64,000 nt of DNA, from the NCBI GenBank assembly GCA_050253415.1, contig JBFWJC010000006.1:96001-160000 (forward strand). The letters run 5' to 3'. A program made the position numbers and the translations under genes. Positions 10,180 to 19,345 of this stretch are shown here, one piece after another. Every line of letters starts with the position of its first letter. Position 1 is the stretch's first letter. This DNA comes from Pedobacter sp. (GTDB lineage Bacteria; Desulfobacterota; Desulfuromonadia; Desulfuromonadales; Syntrophotaleaceae). Under the pieces are notes generated by a model. That model saw nothing but the letters and a program-made list of their open reading frames with translations, searched no databases and was not told the DNA's origin.

Positions 10180-11673
10180 CTATTCAAACAACCCTTCCAG
10201 ATCCTCCTCAGGCATGTCGTGCCCTTCGTGGACAGCGGCCGGAGCAGGCTCGGCCATTTTTGGCTCCCGCATCTTCTGAATCGCTTCGCGCAGACGGCTT
10301 TCCGAATCGAACAGGAACTGGGCGCTGGTCACGACTGTCTCGCCTTCAAGAATCCCCTGGGTGATTTCGATGAATCCGTCCTGGTCCTGCACCCCGATCT
10401 TCACCTGACGAGGCTCGAACTTGCCCTCGCCGAGAGCGACGAACACCGTCTGCTTCTCTCCGGAATGGATCACCGCTTCACTGGGCACGGCCAGGGCTCC
10501 CTTGACTTCCTGGCCATGGACCCGCACGTTTACGTACATATCGGGTTTGAGCTCCAGGCCGGGATTAGGGAACTCCAATCGCGCTTTGACCGTACGGGTT
10601 TTGGGGTCAACATAGGGATAAATTGTGGTGATTTTGGCGGTGAGAGATTTGCCGCCGACAAACGGCAACAGCACTTCCGCCGTCTGCCCTACCTTGACCC
10701 AAGGCAGTTCGTATTCGTAGATATCGGCATAGACCCACACCCGCGAGATATCGCCGATCTGGAACAGTTCCTGACCGGCCTTGATAAACTGTCCGGGCAT
10801 GGCCATTTTCATCATCACCACCCCTTTATAGGGCGCGTACAGCGTCAGGGTCTTGCGCACCTCGCCGGTCTTCTCCAACTGACGGATCTGCCGGTCGCTG
10901 ATATCCCAATACCGCAGACGTTGCCGAGCGGCCTGCAGCAACCGATCGCCACCGTCAGCGATTTCCGTAAAGGCACTATCTTTGAGTGCATCTTTGTTAC
11001 GCAGGGCCAGCAGATACTCCTGCTGGGCCGAGACCAATTTGGGACTGTAAAGTTCCAGTAACGGCTGACCTTTCCGCACCAGTTGCCCGGTCTGATCCAC
11101 ATACAGCTTTTCGACCCAGCCATCCACCTTGGCATTAATGGAAGTCACTTTCGGCTCGTCGTAATCGATATTGCCAACGGTGCGAATCGAGCGGTGCAGA
11201 TCGCGACGTGTTACCTGCGCGGTGCGCACCCCCATATTCTGGGCAGTCACCGGATCGATGGTGATGGTCGAACCACTCTGAGCCTCATCCTCATACACCG
11301 GAACAAGGTCCATGCCCATGGGTGATTTTCCGGGCTCGTCGCGAATGTAGGTAGGGTCCATGGGAGCCACCCAGTACTTGATCTTACGCTCACCTTTGGA
11401 CATCTCCCCCTGCGAGGTCTCCGTGGAAACCTGCCCGACAGTTCCGGCCTTCACCGGCGTGAGGGCCATGCCGCAGATTGGGCAGTTGCCAGGCTCATCG
11501 GCAATCACCCAGGGATGCATGCCGCAGGTGTATTGCTGGTGTGCTTCGTGGCTGGCCTGCTCGGATTCGGGAGCCGACCTGTGCAAGGCGTACCATGCCG
11601 AGGCCAGAACCAGGGGCAGAAAAAGCAAAGTAATTATCAACAAACGTTTTCGTAAACGTGTCATGGCACTCAT
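10180..11673 (-). CDS. cusB: RND membrane fusion protein CusB with heavy-metal-binding domains
   Basis: YTCGMHP..CPICGMAL and YWVAPMDP..GKSPMGMDLVP motifs. Start placed after the octamer repeat (11673 or 11664). Confidence 0.92.
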   Translation of the reverse strand: MSAMTRLRKRLLIITLLFLPLVLASAWYALHRSAPESEQASHEAHQQYTCGMHPWVIADEPGNCPICGMALTPVKAGTVGQVSTETSQGEMSKGERKIKYWVAPMDPTYIRDEPGKSPMGMDLVPVYEDEAQSGSTITIDPVTAQNMGVRTAQVTRRDLHRSIRTVGNIDYDEPKVTSINAKVDGWVEKLYVDQTGQLVRKGQPLLELYSPKLVSAQQEYLLALRNKDALKDSAFTEIADGGDRLLQAARQRLRYWDISDRQIRQLEKTGEVRKTLTLYAPYKGVVMMKMAMPGQFIKAGQELFQIGDISRVWVYADIYEYELPWVKVGQTAEVLLPFVGGKSLTAKITTIYPYVDPKTRTVKARLEFPNPGLELKPDMYVNVRVHGQEVKGALAVPSEAVIHSGEKQTVFVALGEGKFEPRQVKIGVQDQDGFIEITQGILEGETVVTSAQFLFDSESRLREAIQKMREPKMAEPAPAAVHEGHDMPEEDLEGLFE

Positions 11674-11697
11674 CCTGATTTTTGATTTCAAGTTTTT

Positions 11698-11775
11698 CTT
11701 CGCGCCTTCGCGTCTTCGCGTGAGATAACAACAACGGTATTTCATTTTTCACGCGAAGCCGCGAAGAATGCGAAG
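11698..11775. repeat. Octamer-unit palindromic repeat (CTTCGCGY)
   Basis: CTTCGCGC-CTTCGCGT-CTTCGCGT-GA ... TCACGCGAAG-CCGCGAAG-AATGCGAAG. Confidence 0.8.
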
Positions 11776-11787
11776 CTAATTTAATCG

Positions 11788-13116
11788 CTAATCTTCCTGA
11801 CCGAACGCAAGCTCCCGCCCCACCGCAGCCTCAAGTTGGGCGACGCTGCGCCCATGCTCGGACAGCGCGCGATGGTAATCGATCTGGTAACGATACAAGT
11901 TCATCAGACCGTCAAGCAGATTGAGAAAATCAGTGTCACCAACCTGGTAGGCAGCCAGACTTGCCTCATAGCTCTGCTGGGCCTGAGGGATGATCCCGGT
12001 CTGATATAACTGGACCAGGTTACGGTTCTTTTCCAGCTGGGCGTACTGGTCGGAAATGGTGAATTCGACCCGGTTGCGGAATTCCTCAAGCTGGCTGCGG
12101 GCCATGCGCAAGGCCGAATCCGCCTCGGCCACCGCCGCCCCCCGTTTTCCCTGCCACAACGGTAGATTGATACTGATGCCGGCGCTGACGAAATCGCTTC
12201 CCGCGGCGGGATCCCCAGCTATCTCCTCACGCTGGCGATAGCCCGCAAAGACGTTGACATCAGGATAGTAGTCAAGTTTGGCCAACCTCCGTTGTGCCTG
12301 GTAACCATCGATCATCGACTGGTAGGCGGCAAAAAAAGGTCGTTCTGTTCGTGCCATCTCGATCAAAGCCGGCAAATCCTTTCCGACCGGGGTCTGGGAA
12401 AGGATATCCGGCAGGTCAACAGGGGTTGTGCCAGGACGGCTTAAAAGCCGGTTAAGATCCGCGATGGCGGTTATCCTCTGTTGCTCCAGATTAAACAGCT
12501 TATCCTGGAGCTTCGAACGCTCGACCTGGGCTTTGAGCACATCCTGCTGCAGACCGGTGCCCACCGCATAACGCGTCTCAGTCAGCCGCGTAAAATCCTT
12601 CAGTATCGCTATATTCCTCCGGGTGACATCGATAGCCTGTTCCTGAAAATAGAGGCGATACCAAGCATCTTTAACCTTTTGAACCAATTGTAGCCTGGCC
12701 TCCTCATAGATGCCCCGATACCATAACGCCTGCTGCTCTGCCATCTTCTCTTTGGCAGCCAATTTGCCGGGAAAAGGCAACATCTGAGACAACTGGATTT
12801 CCTTGCCTGTCATAGGGGTCACGCTGTCGGAAAAACTGTCGACTGGATAGTTCGACAGCACCAAACTCAGTTTTGGATCGTCGAGGCTGCCAACCTGGAG
12901 GATCTTGTGTGTGGCCATGTCCCAACGCGCCTTGGCAGCCAGCAGATCCGGGTTATCGGCCAGTGCTTTTATGACCAGTTCGTCGAGTGTCATGGGAGCG
13001 TAATGCCTGGCCGGACCGTCTGTCAGAACCACATCCTGAGCCATCACCGCCCCACCGGACCCGAATAAAAGACAGAAGACCCATAACCCCATAAAAACCG
13101 TTATGTTATTCGTCAT
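11788..13116 (-). CDS. TolC-family outer membrane efflux protein (CusC-like)
   Basis: SQMLPFPGKL and ISINLPLW motifs; first gene of the RND operon; GGAGAGG RBS. Confidence 0.9.
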   Translation of the reverse strand: MTNNITVFMGLWVFCLLFGSGGAVMAQDVVLTDGPARHYAPMTLDELVIKALADNPDLLAAKARWDMATHKILQVGSLDDPKLSLVLSNYPVDSFSDSVTPMTGKEIQLSQMLPFPGKLAAKEKMAEQQALWYRGIYEEARLQLVQKVKDAWYRLYFQEQAIDVTRRNIAILKDFTRLTETRYAVGTGLQQDVLKAQVERSKLQDKLFNLEQQRITAIADLNRLLSRPGTTPVDLPDILSQTPVGKDLPALIEMARTERPFFAAYQSMIDGYQAQRRLAKLDYYPDVNVFAGYRQREEIAGDPAAGSDFVSAGISINLPLWQGKRGAAVAEADSALRMARSQLEEFRNRVEFTISDQYAQLEKNRNLVQLYQTGIIPQAQQSYEASLAAYQVGDTDFLNLLDGLMNLYRYQIDYHRALSEHGRSVAQLEAAVGRELAFGQED

Positions 13117-13475
13117 GTTAGAACCTCTCCTGATGGACTGGATAATATGCGTAAGCAATTAAACTATAGCTGTAATCAACGAAACCGCGAGAGTCCTGCG
13201 GCAAGAGTCCCGCGATCTGGGCGATACGGATGAAACACCCGACCCAACGCTTACGCAACCCTATTGCCTTGACCGCCGGGGTAATGTCTAACCCGAGCAA
13301 CATGCAAAACAAGGATGGCGGGTTTGCAGTACCCACACAGCAACCCAAAAGGTTGATTTTTTACGCCAGCAAGGCGTTTATGGATAAAGTTCCAGCTTTG
13401 GCTGATGAAAGATACAAGAGTGCGATAGTTCGGCTCCGCGCGAAATTTGCGGAGCAAACCAATCCTGGGAGAGGC

Positions 13476-13868
13476 TTAAATCAGAAAGGAACAAACACGG
13501 AGGAAGACCGGGGCACTCCCGCCAGGTGGGTGAGAGGCTACCTGGTAGCGGAACGTCTTGAAGATACCCTCGGTAAGACGAAGGAAAAACGAAGGGGTTG
13601 TGCGGATATCCGCCAGGTGAGCGGCATCGAGTTGAACTTTTTGACTTACGGTAGCCAGTTGCGAGGAAGGCTGGCTCGTCGCCAACTGACAGTGATGCGT
13701 CAATTGGTCAAAACCGTCAACCTCAGGCCGGTTGTTCTCCGTCCCTTGGCAGCAGGACATAGGGGAAGCGCTTTTCTCCATTCCACATCGGTGCGAAACC
13801 GCACCGAAAACCCCTGCCGGAAACAGCATGGCCAGAATCAGAAGAGATGTAAGAAAGCGAAACCGCAT
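13476..13868 (-). CDS. DUF2946/HYC_CC_PP-like leader-type protein upstream of cusCBA
   Basis: Signal peptide, HRC..SCC, HHC, C-terminal HPPGGSAPVFLRVCSFLI. Confidence 0.65.
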   Translation of the reverse strand: MRFRFLTSLLILAMLFPAGVFGAVSHRCGMEKSASPMSCCQGTENNRPEVDGFDQLTHHCQLATSQPSSQLATVSQKVQLDAAHLADIRTTPSFFLRLTEGIFKTFRYQVASHPPGGSAPVFLRVCSFLI

Positions 13869-14029
13869 AGCAAAAACCCTGAGTACAATGGCCTAAAAAG
13901 AGACGCAAAGAGTGCCCTACTAATTATATCGAGTTCCAACCCTTAAAAAACACTAGCAGCGTACTAGATTATTGTCAAACAATTTTCGGATATGAGCTTA
14001 ACCAGAACATAAGGTACGACTACGCGCGT

Positions 14030-14956
14030 TCAATCGTTGAAAAGTTCGGTAGACAAGTAACGCTCGCCCGTATCCGGCAGAATCACCACAATCTGCTTAT
14101 CGCGATTTTCCACGCGACTGGCCACTTCCAGCGCAGCACAGACTGCCGCACCCGAAGAAATCCCGGCCAGCAAACCTTCTTCGCGGGCCAGACGCCGAGC
14201 CATTTCCAGAGCCTGCTCGTTGCTTATCCTGATAATCTCATCGATAACGCTCTTATTTAAAATCTCAGGCACAAAGCCGGCGCCAATCCCCTGGATCTTG
14301 TGCGCTCCCGGAGGACCACCGCTGAGAACCGCCGAATCGGAAGGTTCGACGGCCACCACCTGAAAATCAGGTTTACGCTCCTTGATCACTTCGGCAATAC
14401 CGGTCAAGGTGCCACCGGTACCAATCCCGGCGACCAGAATATCGACTTTTCCATCGGTATCCCGCCAGATTTCTTCAGCTGTGGTACGCCGATGAATGGC
14501 GGGGTTGGCCGGATTGCGAAACTGCTGGGGCACAAAGGCATGTTCGATGTTCAAGGCGAGCTCTTCCGCCTTGTCGATCGCGCCTTGCATGCCCAGGGTT
14601 TTAGGTGTCAACACCACCTCAGCACCAAATGCGGCCACCAGATTGCGGCGCTCCACACTCATGCTTTCCGGCATGGTCAGAATCAGGCGATAGCCCCGCA
14701 CCGCAGCCAGCATGGCCAGAGCTATCCCGGTATTTCCGCTGGTCGGTTCGATAATCACGGAATCCTGTTGCAGCAGCCCCTTTTCTTCGGCATCGAGAAT
14801 CATGCTTAAAGCGGTTCTGTCCTTGACGCTTCCGCCGGGGTTGAAAGACTCCAGCTTGGCGAGTACCTCCGCAGCGTCGGGTGCGCTGATACGCCGCAGA
14901 CGTAAGAGCGGCGTCCCGCCGATCAACTCGATAAGGCTGTCATGGATATTTGCCAC
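14030..14956 (-). CDS. cysK: Cysteine synthase A
   Basis: [43 protein letters not shown]. Confidence 0.95.
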   Translation of the reverse strand: MANIHDSLIELIGGTPLLRLRRISAPDAAEVLAKLESFNPGGSVKDRTALSMILDAEEKGLLQQDSVIIEPTSGNTGIALAMLAAVRGYRLILTMPESMSVERRNLVAAFGAEVVLTPKTLGMQGAIDKAEELALNIEHAFVPQQFRNPANPAIHRRTTAEEIWRDTDGKVDILVAGIGTGGTLTGIAEVIKERKPDFQVVAVEPSDSAVLSGGPPGAHKIQGIGAGFVPEILNKSVIDEIIRISNEQALEMARRLAREEGLLAGISSGAAVCAALEVASRVENRDKQIVVILPDTGERYLSTELFND

Positions 14957-15116
14957 GCTATTTCCCTTTCCATTTTATGCCGTGCCGCCATGATTCTACC
15001 CTGCCCGTCCCCTTCAAAATAACCGAGCACCAAAGGGGCAGAACAAACATGGCAGGACTATTGATCCTTCACCCCGGCTATCTGACCAGGGTGAAGGATA
15101 GATTTCTTTTACCTCC

Positions 15117-16427
<1,311 letters not shown>

Positions 16428-16585
16428 TCATCATTGTTTATAGTGAACTATCAGGGCCTATTGCCCATACCTATCATGTCGGATATTCAAATTCCGCTTA
16501 CTGATCTTTTTGGTCAAGTTTGCATTTAAAAAAAATCGCGCATGTGTCACAACCGGCGTCAGGAGCTTCGACTCGGGTGCGATGA

Positions 16586-17410
16586 TCAAAAAGGTACTTC
16601 CACCACTTCCATGTCGAGCAGATTGAGGTGCAATTTGCGATGACGCAATGAATCGCCCTCATCGATAAGCACCTTGCAAGCCTCGGCGACCTGAAAACTT
16701 GCCGCGACCCCCGGAGTAAAGGAAGGATTACCCAGTTCGGATTCGACCCCTTTGCCGTTTTTGAAGCGGCTGTAAATCTTCTGCAACGTGGTGTCTCCGG
16801 GGTACTGGGTAGCCACATGACCATACCACCCCGCTATCGCTCCGTGTACCAGGGGAATGCCTGCCGCACCGCAAATATCGGCAAGGGCAAACCGAGCCGG
16901 CACATTATCCACGGCATCGACCACCACGTCGGCTCCGGCTACGATCTGCGCCCCGTTATCCGGTCCAAAAGCAGCACGAACCGGCACCAGTGTTACCGCC
17001 GGATTGATATCGGATATCCGGCTTGCAGCCACCTCGACCTTGGCGTGACCGAGTAAGCGGGGAGAAGATAACAATTGCCTGTTAAGGTTATGTTCTTCAA
17101 ACGTATCGGGATCGACAGCCGTTATCCTCCCAACTCCGAGCCGCGCCAGTTGTTCAAGCACGTAACCGCCAAGCCCCCCACATCCAATCACTACGGCATG
17201 GCTATTGAACAAATGCCGTTGTTGCTTGATGCTGATCATATTGCGGTTACGCTGATAACGGGCCGGCAAGAGATCCAGATAAAGGATCGCACCCTCAACG
17301 GTAGCGAGGGATAGTTCGAAACGCTCGGCTGCCTCCACCTGGTCGGACCATGACACCAGATCGCCTTGTGCCGCATCCTTAAGAAAAGAATCAAGAGTGG
17401 CCATCATCAA
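16586..17410 (-). CDS. ThiF/MoeB/HesA family adenylyltransferase
   Basis: RYQRN, GCGGLG, NLNRQ and DAVDN motifs; no C-terminal Zn CxxC pair. Confidence 0.88.
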   Translation of the reverse strand: MMMATLDSFLKDAAQGDLVSWSDQVEAAERFELSLATVEGAILYLDLLPARYQRNRNMISIKQQRHLFNSHAVVIGCGGLGGYVLEQLARLGVGRITAVDPDTFEEHNLNRQLLSSPRLLGHAKVEVAASRISDINPAVTLVPVRAAFGPDNGAQIVAGADVVVDAVDNVPARFALADICGAAGIPLVHGAIAGWYGHVATQYPGDTTLQKIYSRFKNGKGVESELGNPSFTPGVAASFQVAEACKVLIDEGDSLRHRKLHLNLLDMEVVEVPF

Positions 17411-17631
17411 CCTCCTCCTACCAGGGGGAAAATGGACAGGCTGTCGCCTTCCTTCAGTTCCTGGTCAGCCTCTACGTGCCTGGCATTAATCAGGACGGCA
17501 CCAAGCTGGTCCTCAGGGAGGTCAAGTTCCTTGATAACATCTGAAACCATGGTCCCTTCCTGGTACTCGCAAATTTTCTCCTTAAACCTGTCATTGCGAA
17601 ATGTAGCAAAAAGCTTAACGCACACCTTCAT
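17407..17631 (-). CDS. MoaD/ThiS sulfur carrier
   Basis: VKLFATFR...IFPLVGGG C-terminal diglycine; overlaps the ThiF start. Confidence 0.92.
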   Translation of the reverse strand: MKVCVKLFATFRNDRFKEKICEYQEGTMVSDVIKELDLPEDQLGAVLINARHVEADQELKEGDSLSIFPLVGGG

Positions 17632-17978
17632 GATTATCTCCTCTCCCCGCAGGCTGGTTGAATCCTGTCTCCCATAATCCTCAGCGACTTGCTCATGTTT
17701 TAAATATATTTATCCTAGCCTATTTGTCAACAAAAAATTAAACATATAAATTTTCCCACATGGTTGGTCTATTTCATGCTATTTCAACATCTTACACACC
17801 AAAGAACGACCAACCCCCTTCTATTCCAGGGATTAAAACGTAATTCAAAACCAAATTTGTCGTATTTTTAGTTGATTTATTTTGTCGTATTTGATATTCG
17901 TTTGCACACAGTTTTTATATGGTTTGTTTTTCGTTACCTCGGGATTTTGCGGATGCGGGTTTATTATACCAGATGCTC

Positions 17979-18114
17979 CCTTCTGAGTCCCGATAGCTCG
18001 CGCTAAATTGGAAGCACCACTTAACAGGCCGGATTTATAACCAACCGGTCACCGTGGGTTTGAACCCCTGAGGGACGATATTCACGGCTAAGTTATCGGG
18101 GAATCCCGGAAAGG
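17979..18114 (+). ncRNA. Candidate structured 5' leader of hydE
   Basis: Nested helices 17988-17998/18091-18101, 18027-18032/18045-18050 and 18052-18058/18081-18087; an outer helix pairs the GGAAAGG RBS. Confidence 0.4.
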
Positions 18115-18121
18115 TACGATC

Positions 18122-19168
18122 ATGACTCGAGAAGAAATCCTGTACTGGCTCAAAAATGAAGACGAACAATCCCTGGTAGAACTATGGGACAAAGCCAATG
18201 CTGTCCGTCATTCTCATGTCGGTGACGAGGTTCATCTGCGAGGATTGCTGGAATTCTCCAACCACTGCTCCCGCGATTGTCACTACTGCGGGTTACGCGC
18301 CGCCAACACTAAAGTAAGTCGCTACCGGATGCCGGAAGAGGAAATTATGGCGTGCGTCAAAGAAGGACTTGCTTATGGATATGGAACGGTTGTCCTTCAA
18401 TCGGGAGAAGACTGTGGGTTGGACGTAGACTGGATGACACAGCTTATCAAGCGCATCAAAAGCGAAACCCCGCTTGCCGTAACTCTGAGCCTTGGAGAAC
18501 GCAGCGAAAAGGAACTTGCCACCTGGCGCGAAGCCGGAGCCGATCGTTATCTACTGCGATTTGAAACATCCAACCCCGAACTCTTTCGCCGCATCCATCC
18601 ACCTCGCCACGGCCAGGATGCAGATCGTCTCAAGATGCTTAAAATGATCAAGCAGTTGGGCTATGAAACCGGCAGCGGCGTCATGATCGGCATACCGGGA
18701 CAAACCTACGATGACCTGGCGCAGGATATTGAAACCTTTCGCGACCTCGATCTCGACATGATAGGCGTCGGCCCATTTATCCCGCACCAGGAGACTCTTT
18801 TGGGTCAACAGGCCAAAACGCCAAGTATTCTTTCTGAGGCGCAGGTACCCAACACTGAACTTATGACCTATAAGGTCATTGCTTTGACCCGACTGGTCCG
18901 GCCCTTGGCCAACATACCGGCCACTTCGGCGCTTGCAACACTCAATACCCCCACTGGTCGCGAGCTTGCACTATCGCGGGGGGCCAACATAGTGATGCCG
19001 AACCTGACACCGAAAAAATACCGAGCCTTGTATGAGATCTACCCTGCCAAGGCATGTATCGATGAAACCGCGGCAGACTGCCGTGCCTGCATGCATGGAC
19101 GGATCAGGTCCATAGGCCGCCAGGTAGGAAAAGGTCGTGGAGACGCACGCAGTTTTGGCCCGGTATAA
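18122..19168 (+). CDS. hydE: [FeFe]-hydrogenase maturation radical SAM HydE
   Basis: RGLLEFSNHCSRDCHYCGLR, VLQSGED, RYLLRFET, GANIVMPN, YEIYPAK. Confidence 0.88.
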   Translation: MTREEILYWLKNEDEQSLVELWDKANAVRHSHVGDEVHLRGLLEFSNHCSRDCHYCGLRAANTKVSRYRMPEEEIMACVKEGLAYGYGTVVLQSGEDCGLDVDWMTQLIKRIKSETPLAVTLSLGERSEKELATWREAGADRYLLRFETSNPELFRRIHPPRHGQDADRLKMLKMIKQLGYETGSGVMIGIPGQTYDDLAQDIETFRDLDLDMIGVGPFIPHQETLLGQQAKTPSILSEAQVPNTELMTYKVIALTRLVRPLANIPATSALATLNTPTGRELALSRGANIVMPNLTPKKYRALYEIYPAKACIDETAADCRACMHGRIRSIGRQVGKGRGDARSFGPV

Positions 19169-19240
19169 AAAGCTATGAAGTGAAAAACCACCCATGCGAG
19201 CAATCGGTTTGCTAACAGTTTCGGCTGATCCATAAACAGC

Positions 19241-19274
19241 AAGAGCCTCCCTTAACAACAAGGGAGGCTCTTTT
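19241..19274. terminator. Bidirectional intrinsic terminator
   Basis: AAGAGCCTCCCTT/AAGGGAGGCTCTT between convergent genes. Confidence 0.8.
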
Positions 19275-19345
19275 CCGTACAAGCATAACTGCACCCAGAG
19301 TTTGCGTTTGTCATTGCCCCAGGATTACATGATTTCTGCGGTTAT

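Noticed and set aside
11674..11745. N-terminal extension of CusB in the ORF track
   Set aside because: It translates the octamer repeat; the signal-anchor starts at 11673/11664.
1120..13290. CsoR-like boxes (ATACCCTTCCGGGAA ~1226; ACCGCCGGGGTA ~13272)
   Set aside because: Only half-matches to the TACC..GGTA palindrome, and no csoR gene is in the window.
17979..18114. 6S RNA or Moco riboswitch upstream of hydE
   Set aside because: Too short and branched for 6S; Moco consensus blocks are not recognisable.
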